In this document: positions 38,043-49,494 of the stretch, piece by piece
Position numbering within the stretch: the first letter of the stretch is position 1
How the letters are laid out: each line of letters begins with the position of its first letter
Virus record (IMG/VR): IMGVR_UViG_3300042891_001399
Source: an uncultured virus (IMG/VR IMGVR_UViG_3300042891_001399)
Lineage: Duplodnaviria; Heunggongvirae; Uroviricota; Caudoviricetes
Length of the DNA stretch: 64,000 bases
Strand: one strand, 5' to 3'
Notes under the pieces: model-generated
Databases searched by the model: none
What the model saw: only the letters and a program-made list of their open reading frames with translations
What the model was told of the DNA's origin: nothing
Program-made: the position numbers and the translations under genes

Positions 38043-40085
38043 TTAAAATAATGTAGTATTATTACCACCTCTAAGTACACCACCTAATACACCACCAACA
38101 GAATCTCCTGCAAAGTCTCTTAAAGAATTTTTAACATCAAAGAAGAATCCAGAAGAAATACCCAATGCGTTTTCATAGTTCTTATAAACATTAGTAGGTT
38201 CTCTCATTCTTCCAATACCAGCATTATTTCTAAGTTTATCTAAAGTATTATTTAATAATCTTAATCTTGAATTAATCTGACCTTGTAATTCTCTAACAGC
38301 CGCCTTTTCTAAATTCTTAGCCAATTTTTTACTTGCTTTTTTAGCATTATCTTTAAAGTTTTCAAAATCTGTTTTCTTTTGAGATGATCTGTTTCCAGAT
38401 TTAACCGCAGTATTTGATGTTTCTCCTGGTCCTTCACCATCATCACTTGGATTAGGTCCTTTACTGGTTCCGCTATTATCATTTTTAATAGCTTCTACTG
38501 GACCACTATTAGAATATGTTTCTAAAACTATAGGAGCTTTAACACCATTATTTTTAAGTGAATTTGTATTGGTTGTGAAAAATTTAGGAACTGAATTATC
38601 ATTAAGACTACCGGCACCTTCAGTAGAGGCACCTTGTGAAAGGATCATTCCCTTATTGTAACTAAATGTATCTCTACTATTGGGATTACCAACTTTCCAC
38701 ATAGCACCATTATTATAACCAGCATATAAACCAAATCCATAATTATCAGGAATCCATCTTTCAAATTTAGAAGTTACATATTTATAATCCATTGTTACTA
38801 CAAACTGTTCAAAATCTTTAGTAGGTTGAGATAAATCAATCTCATTATCATGTGCAGGTTGGTCAAAATAAAACTGACACTCCTTCAATGAATAAATATG
38901 TCTACTAACATTATCCTTAATAACTTCTAAATTTCCAGTATCTATAGCTTTTCTTACTCTATTTAAATTTCTAACCTCAGATACAATAATATCACAGTTA
39001 AATCTTAAAATATTTTCCGGTACAATATTCTTACCGTTTGGTTTTGACCAATATAATAATTTATAAAGATGAGCCAAGGTACCCATTGATAAAGAAATAT
39101 CCTCGCTAAATGTTAGTTTTAGTACATCTTCTCTATAATTTGTTAAATATTTCTTTTTACTTGGTGTGTTTGACTCTATTAACATTTCAAGACCTGCTAT
39201 CTTTTTTAGATAGTATGATAGATAAGCTTTTTTACCTGGTTGATAAATATTTGTTTGCTTATCATCAGAAATCTTATCATTTTTAATAGACGTTTTTATT
39301 TGATTCACTACCTGGTTATCTGTAACCTCTCTAAATATACTACCCTTTGTCTTAAATATCTTACTAAATTGTTCTTTGAAATCAGCAATAATATATTTTC
39401 TAGATCCAACCTCACTTACCATTTTAAATTGTTCTATAAAATCTTCAACAGAACCATTTAATAAAGGTGAACTAACAGCATCAATAACTATTTCAAATCC
39501 AAATAAAACAGGATCATTATTTTCATAAGGTGTTGATCTAAATTGAGCTAATCTTAAAGGAGATTCTTCTTTCCCATCCCAAACTTCTCTATCATTCTTA
39601 CCAGATTTTAATGGAGTGTATTCATATAAACCGTGTTTGAAATAATCAGTTGATGCGTCATTAAATAGATTATAATAATCTCTTGTTGTGTAATATTGAT
39701 ACGGATCAGGTAAATTATCCTTAAAGTTAGGATATACTTTAGATTGTTCAAATCTTTCATTCGTTGAAAGAGATTTAAACTTAGAATCAACATCTCCTGA
39801 ATAATCAGGATGATTAGTTAATAAAACACCAAACCAAGTATCACTAGAATGCCCAGCGGCTTTACTTTTGTTACCTAAATTAGAGACATATGATTCATTT
39901 GGTGTAAAACCAGGAGATTCTCTTTCACCCTTACGACCAACCAAAGATATAGGACTAACACCTTCAGTCCTATTTAAACCGCTAATAGAGCTAAATAAAC
40001 CAGCAATCGTGCCTTTAGCGCCTTTAGCGCTATCTGCTGAACTTGAACTATTTGAATCTTTTGAATCTTTCTTAAAAATACTCAT
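38043..40085 (-). CDS. Putative baseplate/tail structural protein
   Basis: 680 aa, within the baseplate cluster, late-type promoter. Confidence 0.55.
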   Translation of the reverse strand: MSIFKKDSKDSNSSSSADSAKGAKGTIAGLFSSISGLNRTEGVSPISLVGRKGERESPGFTPNESYVSNLGNKSKAAGHSSDTWFGVLLTNHPDYSGDVDSKFKSLSTNERFEQSKVYPNFKDNLPDPYQYYTTRDYYNLFNDASTDYFKHGLYEYTPLKSGKNDREVWDGKEESPLRLAQFRSTPYENNDPVLFGFEIVIDAVSSPLLNGSVEDFIEQFKMVSEVGSRKYIIADFKEQFSKIFKTKGSIFREVTDNQVVNQIKTSIKNDKISDDKQTNIYQPGKKAYLSYYLKKIAGLEMLIESNTPSKKKYLTNYREDVLKLTFSEDISLSMGTLAHLYKLLYWSKPNGKNIVPENILRFNCDIIVSEVRNLNRVRKAIDTGNLEVIKDNVSRHIYSLKECQFYFDQPAHDNEIDLSQPTKDFEQFVVTMDYKYVTSKFERWIPDNYGFGLYAGYNNGAMWKVGNPNSRDTFSYNKGMILSQGASTEGAGSLNDNSVPKFFTTNTNSLKNNGVKAPIVLETYSNSGPVEAIKNDNSGTSKGPNPSDDGEGPGETSNTAVKSGNRSSQKKTDFENFKDNAKKASKKLAKNLEKAAVRELQGQINSRLRLLNNTLDKLRNNAGIGRMREPTNVYKNYENALGISSGFFFDVKNSLRDFAGDSVGGVLGGVLRGGNNTTLF

Positions 40086-40121
40086 AAACTATATATTAAA
40101 TTTCATACATTCTAATTAAAA

Positions 40122-42182
40122 CTAGGCAGTTGATGTTGATGTTGATAAACTTTTAAATATCTCTAACCAAGCTGAATAAGCAGCGTTAATTGTATCAATT
40201 TCTTTCTCACCACCGTTAATACTTCTTCTAGCCGCTGTCAATCCTGTATATGTATTAGTAGTGCCTGTTTTATTATTTTTAATGGTAAGTTTAGCATTTG
40301 GGTCTGTAACATATTTAAATGTTCTACCTCTCATATATGTAGAAGCTATCTTATATGAATTTTGAGGAGCCAATGCTAAGTCACCATTGCCTAGTAAATC
40401 AACACCGATTTTACTACCATATGTTTTATAATTATCTTTACCAGTTAATTGTATTAAACCTCTACCAAAATAACATTGACCTTTACTATCTACTCCTAAT
40501 GTATAATAGTCTTTCTTATCTTTTGTACTTCTATAGTAGTTTGTTGCTTTAGAACATGGACCAGCTGGGCCATAAGGCACACCTTCACCAGTACAAGCAT
40601 AATCGGCCTCCCATCTTTGCAATGAATATTTAGATTCTGCATAAGCTGTTCCTAACATATAGGCACCTTCTCGCATATCTTTAATATCAGGATCATTTTT
40701 AATATAATACAATACTTGTTTTAAAGATTCTTTGAACTTGACTGGTTTATATTTTGTTGAATCTATTTTACTAATTGCTGAATCTATATTGAAGCCTTTC
40801 CAAGCCGCACCCACGTACTTACCATCATCAACAGTAGTATCACTAACTTTAAAGTCACTTCCTTTAGTTTCGGGTGGTAGGTCGGCTTGTAGATTTTCAA
40901 CTATTGCGTTTTGTTTTGCTAATTCAGTTAGTGATTCTTCAGTACCTTGATAACCATCTTCTCTGTACTCATCATCTAACTCATCTTCATCATTAATATT
41001 GTTAATAGGAGCCTCATTTATTATATATTGAGTACCATCATTAGGGACAATAGTGAATTCTATTCCACTCATTGAACCACCTCCTACTATAACAAAGCTA
41101 TCCTTCTTTTCCACATTAAAGGTATAACCAACTTCTTGAGGTAAATTAACTATTGGTTTAGTAGCAACTTCGGGTGCTGGTGCTGGAGTTTCAGGATTTC
41201 TCAAAGGTAAAACAACCGGTTTATAATTATCACCAGCTTGAATAAAAGCTTTATATAATAAAATATGCTCGTAATTACCGGTAAATTGACCAGTGGTCAC
41301 TTCTACATCACCTCTTTCTTTATTAAACTTAGGATCTTTATCTAAATCAATTAACAATCCACTTCTATATTGTGTTTTTAAACTTGTAAAAGATACCGGT
41401 TTGTTTGGACTTTGGTCACCTAATCCTATACTAACACCTGTTATATTACTCGTTGTATATTTTATACCACTACCAACATACCCGCCGTCCAAAATCTGAT
41501 AAAATTCATAATAGTCTAATTTTGAATCAGTTCCTTTATCATGTTTAGATAAATCTACTTCACCACTTGGATCAAAATTTGACACAGATACAGAACCACC
41601 TTGAGCTTTGATAAAATCATAGGTGGAAAAAATTCCACCACCATTAGCCTCTCTTGGATCCTTTAGAGGTCCATGTGGTGATAATATTTCATACATAAAG
41701 ATATCAAAATAATATTGACCAGGTGACCACAAATTAGGATTTGTTATTCCTGGTTTTTTTAAATCTTGATAGTTTTTTATATCTTTGTTCGATCTAATAC
41801 CATTAGAAATAGTTGAATACATTTTTGATATTTTTTCATCTTTACTATTCTTTAAATCCTTTAACCAACCGGTATAATTTTCATAATCTCCCGATGATGG
41901 ACTGGGTGGTGTAATAATATTATCAGAATCTATATCAGGAAATGTATATTTAAATAAATCACCTATTGTGACCACTTTTGGATCATTGGGCCAAGAACCT
42001 TGTTTAGGAGTTGTTATTTTTATAGCATCAGCATAAACATTTTTGTAGTTTTGCTGATTATCTAGTAATGATTTAAGTTTTATATCAAAATCTTTATTAA
42101 AAGTATCAATAAACATCTTAATATCACCGGTTGGTGCCGTAGCCTCTGTAGTGGTAGGTACTGTACTTTGTGTTTCAGCCAT
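40122..42182 (-). CDS. Virion-associated protein with C-terminal GH19 lysozyme-like domain
   Basis: AYMLGTAYAES, YFGRGLIQLTGKDNY, AARRSING. Confidence 0.8.
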   Translation of the reverse strand: MAETQSTVPTTTEATAPTGDIKMFIDTFNKDFDIKLKSLLDNQQNYKNVYADAIKITTPKQGSWPNDPKVVTIGDLFKYTFPDIDSDNIITPPSPSSGDYENYTGWLKDLKNSKDEKISKMYSTISNGIRSNKDIKNYQDLKKPGITNPNLWSPGQYYFDIFMYEILSPHGPLKDPREANGGGIFSTYDFIKAQGGSVSVSNFDPSGEVDLSKHDKGTDSKLDYYEFYQILDGGYVGSGIKYTTSNITGVSIGLGDQSPNKPVSFTSLKTQYRSGLLIDLDKDPKFNKERGDVEVTTGQFTGNYEHILLYKAFIQAGDNYKPVVLPLRNPETPAPAPEVATKPIVNLPQEVGYTFNVEKKDSFVIVGGGSMSGIEFTIVPNDGTQYIINEAPINNINDEDELDDEYREDGYQGTEESLTELAKQNAIVENLQADLPPETKGSDFKVSDTTVDDGKYVGAAWKGFNIDSAISKIDSTKYKPVKFKESLKQVLYYIKNDPDIKDMREGAYMLGTAYAESKYSLQRWEADYACTGEGVPYGPAGPCSKATNYYRSTKDKKDYYTLGVDSKGQCYFGRGLIQLTGKDNYKTYGSKIGVDLLGNGDLALAPQNSYKIASTYMRGRTFKYVTDPNAKLTIKNNKTGTTNTYTGLTAARRSINGGEKEIDTINAAYSAWLEIFKSLSTSTSTA

Positions 42183-42260
42183 TTTTTTATTTATTTTTTA
42201 CTAATTACTATTAATTTAATTTCTTTATTATATTTAATAGTTATTGAGCTTTCTAATTTT

Positions 42261-45107
42261 TTAATCATCTCCTGCTGCCTTCCTAGCATCAGATATTAAT
42301 ATCTCCTTAGTTTTATTTCCAGGAAATAAATAATTACCAGTATTAGCGACAAATTTACCATCTTTATCTCTTGTAATAACTCGTTGATTATTTTCTGTTT
42401 GTTCATAAGTATAAGTATATCCCTTCTTACTAGAAGAGACAATAGAAGACGGCTCTGGAGGACTGATTACTTTTAATTTTACCTCAATTTTATATTTAAT
42501 GGTTATTGAGCTTTCTAATTTTTTAATCATCTCATTAACCAATTGATCTGCGGATATTCCACTATCAACCGGTTCTCCTTTTATAGGTCCAATAGTACCA
42601 CCATCAGGGAAACCAGACATATTACCAGTTGCTGTGCGTAAAGGTCCTTGTTTTGTGATATTCACAATACCTGTTATTTTCTTATCTGCCTCTGATACAG
42701 GATTTGAAAGACCTATAGTAAACTGAGTTGGATCTATAGTGTTAGGTGGTGCTGTTTCTGTAGTTGCTTTAGTTGATGTATTTTCAAAAACAGGAGCTCT
42801 ATTAGAAGTATTACTTGGTGACATACCAACGGGCGATTCTGTTAATGTACCAGTAACTTGAATACCATCCTCTAAAAGTTTAGTAACTGTAATATTATAT
42901 AACTTACCATTCTTATCTTGTACTAAATAAGTTTGTCCAACATTATAAACTTCATTAGGTACCGGTGCGCCTGTTGGGTTAAAGTTATTTTCTTTAACCT
43001 CAGGTTTCTTTTGAACAGGTGGCGCATCTTGAACCTCATCAGGTGTTTTACCAAGTTCTTTTTTAACTAATCTAACATTTTGAGACATCTTTCCTTTAGC
43101 CCAAACATATTCTATATCAGCTACAATATAAGAGCCTGAGTATCTAAAATCCACAGGACTAGGATTAGCAGGAGTTGATGATTGGTTAACCATTTGAACC
43201 TGAACTTTTTGATATTTATATAAATTCCAGTTAAGATTTGGTAAAGTAGCATTGATAGCAATTTTATTTAAGTTATCTAAATTTATTCTATTTTGAGTTG
43301 CAGCATAATTAAAATTACTATGAACGTTATCAGTATCTATTTTACCCGCAAACTTGTGTTTAACATGTTCTTTTTGATATTTATCATCATTTTCAGCACC
43401 TTTAAGAATAATTGATTTACTACCATCAGATGTTGTTGAATCAACTGTAAAAACTAAAAATTGTTTTTTAATTCTATCATAGAATTTAGTTATAGTAGAA
43501 TATCCATGTTTCAATGATTTTTTTGTTGAGTCATTTATTTTAACAACGTTACTCATATAATTAGACGAAGTTGATTGACTCTCATCATTTGTTAGTGTTA
43601 GTGATATTATTCTCTTTAACTCATCGGGTTCAGATTGTTGTGAAAGACCAGAAGTGTTAAGACCAACATCTTTAGAATTATCTCTATTCATTTCCTTTTC
43701 AATATCAACATAATTAAAACAATAGTAATGGTCAATATATGCGCCCATAAAAGATTCATCACTTATGTAAGATCTAGCTACAATATCACTCATAAATTCA
43801 TATATTTTTTTCTGAGTATTTTTCCAAGCCATTTTATCTTCGGTATTTGATATATTTGAATTGAATCCTATTTCTGATTCAGCACATATTTTTCTCAATG
43901 TATTAAATGATGTATCGTTATATGAGTTGTTGCCAACAAGATAAAGCTTTGGGATATTCATAGTGCCTTCAATAGTAAATTTTTGACCAACTTTATCAAC
44001 ACCTTGATCAAAACATTCAATCTTGAAAATAATATGTAAGGACTTTAAATTACCTGATGTAGAATTTAAAAATAAATGTATAGTAGAATCATCAGTTGGC
44101 GTAGCTATGCTTTTCATTATATCCTTAGTATCTTCAAATGTAAACTGTATCTTAGGAATTATTCCACTATGATATAATCTTAGATTGCTAATATATCTTT
44201 CCTCAATTATCAAGTCATGATAAGATATTAAAGGTGTATAACCTAAACCTTGAGTATAATCACTTTGACCAGCCGAAGTAGTGGTGTTATCTTGTTTAAT
44301 TGTAATAGGTTCTACCTTAATAGTTGGTTTATCTATTTGTGCAATTATTGGTCTACTACCATCAACTGGCTTCTGTTCTGTGTTACTACCTTTACTTTCT
44401 GGTTGAGCAACTATCTCATCTTCTTTAAGAACTTTAACCTTTAGTTCCATAGGTTCAACTTCATCAGAAGTACAAGTTATTGATAAAACATAATCACCTG
44501 CTTCCGTGAATTGTAAACCTTTAAAGGTGGCACTCGTTGTTCCTGTTTTGTTGGTATCTGTTAAATCAAGATCGGTATCACCTGTTATATCACCTGGTCC
44601 ACTTTTCTTTGTAATTTTAACTTTACCAGTTATAAATTTATTAATAGGAGCTTGTGGAACTGTTTCCGCAAATCCACTTGTTCCAGAAGTTCCAGCACTA
44701 CCAGAAGTTCCAGCACTACCAGAAGTTCCAGCACTACCAGAAGTTCCAGCACTACCAGAAGTTCCAGACGAAGAAGGTGGTTCATAATCCGGATCTGATG
44801 GTATATTAGTAGCATCATAAGGATCTTGAATAATAGAAAATTTAGGATAACCAGCTACATAAAACTTTATCACCTCATCATCAGACTTATCTTTCCAATC
44901 TTTTCTGGGAAAAGCAAGACCACTGTAAAGAAGAAAGTCTGGATAATCATTACTACTGTCACCAAGATAAACATTTACAACTCTATCTTTACCTTGTGAT
45001 GATAAAACAAGACGACCATCATTAGCACCAGGTTTACTAGGCTTTTTAAGCATGGTATCTGACCTTTTTGCTCTTACTCTAACTGATTTTAATACTTTAT
45101 CCGCCAT
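42261..45107 (-). CDS. Baseplate hub-like protein (gp27/late-D-like core) with accessory modules
   Basis: Central hub-like region ending [12 protein letters not shown]...VRLVK; flanking modules shared with neighbouring genes. Confidence 0.6.
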   Translation of the reverse strand: MADKVLKSVRVRAKRSDTMLKKPSKPGANDGRLVLSSQGKDRVVNVYLGDSSNDYPDFLLYSGLAFPRKDWKDKSDDEVIKFYVAGYPKFSIIQDPYDATNIPSDPDYEPPSSSGTSGSAGTSGSAGTSGSAGTSGSAGTSGTSGFAETVPQAPINKFITGKVKITKKSGPGDITGDTDLDLTDTNKTGTTSATFKGLQFTEAGDYVLSITCTSDEVEPMELKVKVLKEDEIVAQPESKGSNTEQKPVDGSRPIIAQIDKPTIKVEPITIKQDNTTTSAGQSDYTQGLGYTPLISYHDLIIEERYISNLRLYHSGIIPKIQFTFEDTKDIMKSIATPTDDSTIHLFLNSTSGNLKSLHIIFKIECFDQGVDKVGQKFTIEGTMNIPKLYLVGNNSYNDTSFNTLRKICAESEIGFNSNISNTEDKMAWKNTQKKIYEFMSDIVARSYISDESFMGAYIDHYYCFNYVDIEKEMNRDNSKDVGLNTSGLSQQSEPDELKRIISLTLTNDESQSTSSNYMSNVVKINDSTKKSLKHGYSTITKFYDRIKKQFLVFTVDSTTSDGSKSIILKGAENDDKYQKEHVKHKFAGKIDTDNVHSNFNYAATQNRINLDNLNKIAINATLPNLNWNLYKYQKVQVQMVNQSSTPANPSPVDFRYSGSYIVADIEYVWAKGKMSQNVRLVKKELGKTPDEVQDAPPVQKKPEVKENNFNPTGAPVPNEVYNVGQTYLVQDKNGKLYNITVTKLLEDGIQVTGTLTESPVGMSPSNTSNRAPVFENTSTKATTETAPPNTIDPTQFTIGLSNPVSEADKKITGIVNITKQGPLRTATGNMSGFPDGGTIGPIKGEPVDSGISADQLVNEMIKKLESSITIKYKIEVKLKVISPPEPSSIVSSSKKGYTYTYEQTENNQRVITRDKDGKFVANTGNYLFPGNKTKEILISDARKAAGDD
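44683..44767 (-). repeat. 18-bp tandem repeat (4.7 copies) encoding SGSAGT
   Basis: ccagaagttccagcacta x4 plus 13 nt. Confidence 0.95.
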
Positions 45108-45142
45108 ATCATTCTTATATATTAAGATATGGTCTTTCTAAC

Positions 45143-46753
45143 CTAGATATTTACCTTAATAATCTTATAAGGATAGCCTCTCTTGATATAGAACTTTTCA
45201 CGTTCCTTAAAATGTTTATAAAGAATATTAGACATTTCTTTACTTGAAAAAACATCAACAAGATCAAATATATTTGCTTTCTTTTTGTCATCATGTAAAC
45301 GTAAAGCACGACCTATTGATTGTATAATAATTTGTTCTGACTTAAATGAGTCAGCAAAAATAACATTGAAGATAGCATTGATAGAAACACCTGTTGATAA
45401 AGTACCATAAGAAGCTACAAGAACTCTAACTTTACCATCAGTGTTCTCCATTTCTTTTTTAATAACCTCTCTTTTTTTCCCAGATATTTCACCATCAATA
45501 TAATAGAATTCTTTATCAGTTAATTCTTTACTTAAAGTGTTAAAAATTTGCTGACCATATTCAATTGTATGAAATAATAATAAAGTATTTGAATCACACT
45601 TATTAACAATCTTTTTAATAAATTCTAATCTCTTACCCGACTGATGAATGTAATCTTTTTCAATTTCAAAGGCTTCTTTACCATAACCACCTTTTCTAAT
45701 CTGAGCTACCCTATCATCAAAATCTAAATCTTCATGGTTCATAATAACAACACGAACATCCATAGGTGTAATAATACCTTTCTCTTTAAGTTCCATAGCT
45801 GAAACTTCTGTAATCTTTGGACCTAAAACAGCTTGAATAGTTAATATCTCACAAGTTTGTTCTTCCGGAAATGTACCAGATACCCCAAATCTTGAATAAG
45901 CATTTTGAAATGTATGACCTAAAATAGTTGTTATTGTTTTTGCCTTAGCACCGTGAGCCTCATCCGTGACAACTGTATGAAACTGTTTGAAGAATTCTTT
46001 GGGCCATTTTTCTAAAGACTGATAAGTTCCAATATAAACATTAGCATCTAATGTACCCGACCATTTACGAGGTCTTTCAGACATTACTTCTTCAATTCTA
46101 ATATCACAGGGTAAATGAGAACCATTTATAATATGATCTATTTTCTTTTCTCTCATCTCTAGAATATTATTAACACCCAAGTTGTATTCAACAATATTAT
46201 CATAGAACTGAGTTACTAGAGTAATTGAAGGAACAATGATTAAGAACTTTGCTTTAGGATCAATATTTCTTAAAGTATAAAATATAACAATTGATATGAT
46301 TAAAGATTTACCACCTGAAGTAGCAACCTCAGCCATACAATATCTGTTCTTTAGAATTTTAAAAGCGGCTTCAATTTGATGATCATAAGGAGTGAATAGA
46401 ACCCATTCACCTGATTTAGTTCTTACTTTATGACTTTTGAAATAATCTTTACAAAATTCTCTAACACCTTCTAAAGTAACATCTCTATTTAAGGGAAAGT
46501 CATCTTTGTTTTCCATAATAAAAGGGGCATCAATTTCTTTACAACCTCGCATTGCTTCTTTCCAAAGACCTAAACTAATTCTACCGTTTTTGAAATATGA
46601 TTGCTGACCATTCCACACACCCATTTTAAAGGCTGGCATATATCTATACCCCTTGACGTGACGTGTTAACCAAAGACCTAATTGATGATATTCAATTCTG
46701 GTAGCTTCGGATACAACAAGTTCTTCTTTTTCTTTGTCATATCTAAATTTCAT
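45143..46753 (-). CDS. uvsW: UvsW-like SF2 DNA helicase
   Basis: PYDHQ, ATSGGKS, DEAH, GVSGT, STGVSI, QSIGRALR. Confidence 0.92.
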   Translation of the reverse strand: MKFRYDKEKEELVVSEATRIEYHQLGLWLTRHVKGYRYMPAFKMGVWNGQQSYFKNGRISLGLWKEAMRGCKEIDAPFIMENKDDFPLNRDVTLEGVREFCKDYFKSHKVRTKSGEWVLFTPYDHQIEAAFKILKNRYCMAEVATSGGKSLIISIVIFYTLRNIDPKAKFLIIVPSITLVTQFYDNIVEYNLGVNNILEMREKKIDHIINGSHLPCDIRIEEVMSERPRKWSGTLDANVYIGTYQSLEKWPKEFFKQFHTVVTDEAHGAKAKTITTILGHTFQNAYSRFGVSGTFPEEQTCEILTIQAVLGPKITEVSAMELKEKGIITPMDVRVVIMNHEDLDFDDRVAQIRKGGYGKEAFEIEKDYIHQSGKRLEFIKKIVNKCDSNTLLLFHTIEYGQQIFNTLSKELTDKEFYYIDGEISGKKREVIKKEMENTDGKVRVLVASYGTLSTGVSINAIFNVIFADSFKSEQIIIQSIGRALRLHDDKKKANIFDLVDVFSSKEMSNILYKHFKEREKFYIKRGYPYKIIKVNI

Positions 46754-46863
46754 CTTATAGTTATATATTAAAATAGGTCTCTTGTTTAAAATATGGGTTT
46801 TTGTGCGGTTATTTATAGAGGGAAGACAAAAAAATAGATATATAATAAAAAATAAATTAAACT

Positions 46864-47220
46864 ATGAATATTAAATCATTCTTTAAAAAATTGTTTGGGA
46901 TAGCTAAGAAAGAGGTTGAAATCGTTGTGGAGACTAAAGTTGAACCAGCAGTTGAGGCTTATGTAAAACAGAAAATTCAAGAAATTGATGTTGAAAAAGC
47001 AACTAAAGCTATAGAAACTAGATTGGCTGAAATCGCTGAAGAGAAAAAAGCTGAAAAAGTAACAGCTAAAGATATCAAAGCAAAAGTTAAAAAGGCTCCA
47101 GAAGCTAAAGCAGAAACAAAACCTGCTACAAAAGCTAAGGCTAAACCTGCTGCTAAACAACCAGCTAAAACTGAGAAACCAGCTACTAAGCCAGCTTCTC
47201 GTAAGAAAACTGACAAATAA
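46864..47220 (+). CDS. Lys/Ala/Pro-rich histone-H1-like protein
   Basis: KPATKAKAKPAAKQPAK tail; amphipathic N-terminus SFFKKLFG. Confidence 0.65.
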   Translation: MNIKSFFKKLFGIAKKEVEIVVETKVEPAVEAYVKQKIQEIDVEKATKAIETRLAEIAEEKKAEKVTAKDIKAKVKKAPEAKAETKPATKAKAKPAAKQPAKTEKPATKPASRKKTDK

Positions 47221-47241
47221 TAAAATATTTGTGAAAAAATT

Positions 47242-47270
47242 AAACCCACTCAAATTGAGTGGGTTTTTTT
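47242..47270. terminator. Bidirectional terminator, CCACTCAA family
   Basis: AAACCCACTCAA-A-TTGAGTGGG-T7. Confidence 0.85.
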
Positions 47271-48996
47271 ATGCTGTTTGGCCTACACTAAGTTTAGGTC
47301 CTTTATATCTCCAACAAAAAGTTCCACTAGGATTCCTATCAGTTACTGTTTGCCATTTTTTAATACTATAGTTCATTTTACCACATCCAAATGGATCATT
47401 TTTATTTCCAAAACCATAAGAGCTATTAGAGGCGATATTCCAACTTCCGTCAGCATTTTTTGTATCCATTACAATACCGATATGACCGTGCTCCTTGGGA
47501 CCTTTAGTTGTATTTATAATATCACCTGGTTGACCTTCTCGCCATGGAATTTTAATCCACATATTTGGATTTTGAGCAAACCAACCGCCAAGTTCTCCAG
47601 TACCAGTACTACCAAATTTACCTATTGATTTTGGAACCGGCACGACTGGTTTACCATCTTTTATGTGAACACCAAATGCTCTATAGAAAACGATAGAAAC
47701 CCAAGAAGCACAACCCAGCTTTCCTCTTTTTGTTAAAGGTACATCAAATGTAGGTGTATCTATATGTTGCTTTGCTGATGTTAATATATCACCATACCAC
47801 TTAGAATCAATTAGATTATAACCTTGAGTCTCATTATGAGAGTACGCATTTTTCCCTTTTGGTAAATTAACACCACCACCGGCTCCACTAGGTGGATTAT
47901 ATACTGTAGTATCATTAACTTTATTTGAACCATTATCCTCTATAGTATTACTGATAGGATCAGGATCTTTAATATCCACAGGTGCTTCATCATCACCAAT
48001 GAACTCTGCTTCTTTATATTCATCATCTAAATCATCATCCACATCATCAACGTTACCACTGCCATTATTAATCTTTGGTATTGGACCTGTCCAAATTGTA
48101 AAAGTATCTAAGTTTTCTTTAGCTTTTAAGATTATCTCACTAGGTAAACCATCTATCGTGAATTTTATCTTGGTGGATTGTGACATTCCAACAGGTGTTC
48201 CAACAGGCATTCCAACAGGTGTTTGTATCGGTGTTGGAGATGGTGGTTCTAATGGACTTTTGTATGGTATAAGAGAACAAGCTTCGGTATCAGGAGAGCA
48301 AAGTTTTAAACCACGGTAATCATAACCGTGTAGATTTGTTACTTTTGCTACAAAGCTCGCTATTATGTGTTCAACAATTTCTGAATCTTTATCACTGTCT
48401 CTAGGTTTTAATATTATAGCACCATTTTTTTGACCTTTATCTAAACTGTTTTTATAAACATTTTTATCATCATTATATCTTAAACCAGTGTCGGTCCAAA
48501 CTAAATAACCTTTACCACCGTTTTCAGTAAATCCTTTTGGTAAATAAACAGTGACAGACTTAGCATAGACCAGGGATGCGTTATTACTACCTTTTTTTGC
48601 ATCAGCATCATCATTAGATGATGTTATTATTGGATCTGAATTTGCCCATCCTTCCCATTCAATATTTATACTACAACCATTATTCAAGTAATATGGACTT
48701 TTATCACCATTTCCATAAGTTCTCTTAATAAAAGGATCTTTATATGGATCTTGTATCACTTTATAATAAAATTGAGGCAAGTGACCTAAAGGTTTACCTT
48801 TTGAGCTTTGTAAACGACCATACTCAAGTAATGATTCTTTTATAACATCATCATCCGACATAGCAACATCATACTTTTCACTTTTTGTGTTGTCTGTATC
48901 ATAGAAAAGTGCGTACTTTCTCTTTTTACCTTGTTGAAGAACTTCTACTTTAATATTGTCTGTAATTCTTACTGTTTTTAATACTTGATCAGCCAT
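47269..48996 (-). CDS. Virion-associated protein with C-terminal NlpC/P60-CHAP-like amidase domain
   Basis: LGCASWVS...QPGDII...HGHIGIV...IASNSS. Confidence 0.75.
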   Translation of the reverse strand: MADQVLKTVRITDNIKVEVLQQGKKRKYALFYDTDNTKSEKYDVAMSDDDVIKESLLEYGRLQSSKGKPLGHLPQFYYKVIQDPYKDPFIKRTYGNGDKSPYYLNNGCSINIEWEGWANSDPIITSSNDDADAKKGSNNASLVYAKSVTVYLPKGFTENGGKGYLVWTDTGLRYNDDKNVYKNSLDKGQKNGAIILKPRDSDKDSEIVEHIIASFVAKVTNLHGYDYRGLKLCSPDTEACSLIPYKSPLEPPSPTPIQTPVGMPVGTPVGMSQSTKIKFTIDGLPSEIILKAKENLDTFTIWTGPIPKINNGSGNVDDVDDDLDDEYKEAEFIGDDEAPVDIKDPDPISNTIEDNGSNKVNDTTVYNPPSGAGGGVNLPKGKNAYSHNETQGYNLIDSKWYGDILTSAKQHIDTPTFDVPLTKRGKLGCASWVSIVFYRAFGVHIKDGKPVVPVPKSIGKFGSTGTGELGGWFAQNPNMWIKIPWREGQPGDIINTTKGPKEHGHIGIVMDTKNADGSWNIASNSSYGFGNKNDPFGCGKMNYSIKKWQTVTDRNPSGTFCWRYKGPKLSVGQTA

Positions 48997-49004
48997 AATT
49001 TAAT

Positions 49005-49493
49005 TTAGTTTAATCCTCCTATAACAATTTTACCGTTCTCTAATCTAACAGGCGGTTTAGTTTCATCTAACACAACCGGTGGTAGAACAAAACCATCATC
49101 AATGAATTTTTTTCTATTGCTATCAATCTTAGTCGTCTTATTGGGAACTGAAAGAGCTTTTCTAATATTTTGACCAGCTTTACTACCTTGATTAAACACA
49201 AATCTGTAACTATCCAATGCTGATTGTGCCGGATAATATAATACATCACCTTCAAATATATTTAAAGGATTATCTATACCGTTTATAAATAATATAACAT
49301 CAATATTTGGAAGAACTAAAGCATCTTCATTATAAATAGATAACATAACTAAATCTATTCTCATCTCTTCACCGCGTTGAACAATATATGTATTTAGAGT
49401 TTCTTTTCTTGTGTAAAAAAACTGAGGATAATAAACATTAAACAATTTGGTTGTTTGATTATAATTTAATTGAGAAAGTGAGTATATATCCAT
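49005..49493 (-). CDS. gp53-like (LysM-like) baseplate wedge protein
   Basis: YIVQRGEEMRIDLV...IY...ILFINGIDNPLNIFEGDVLYYP. Confidence 0.7.
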   Translation of the reverse strand: MDIYSLSQLNYNQTTKLFNVYYPQFFYTRKETLNTYIVQRGEEMRIDLVMLSIYNEDALVLPNIDVILFINGIDNPLNIFEGDVLYYPAQSALDSYRFVFNQGSKAGQNIRKALSVPNKTTKIDSNRKKFIDDGFVLPPVVLDETKPPVRLENGKIVIGGLN

Positions 49494-49494
49494 T

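Noticed and set aside
35892..42735. Duplicated C-terminal module as a diversity-generating retroelement TR/VR pair
   Set aside because: Both copies are coding, differences are not confined to adenines, and there is no reverse transcriptase in the window
44683..44767. 18-bp repeat as a CRISPR or contingency locus
   Set aside because: No spacers; the unit is a multiple of 3 and encodes an in-frame Gly/Ser linker
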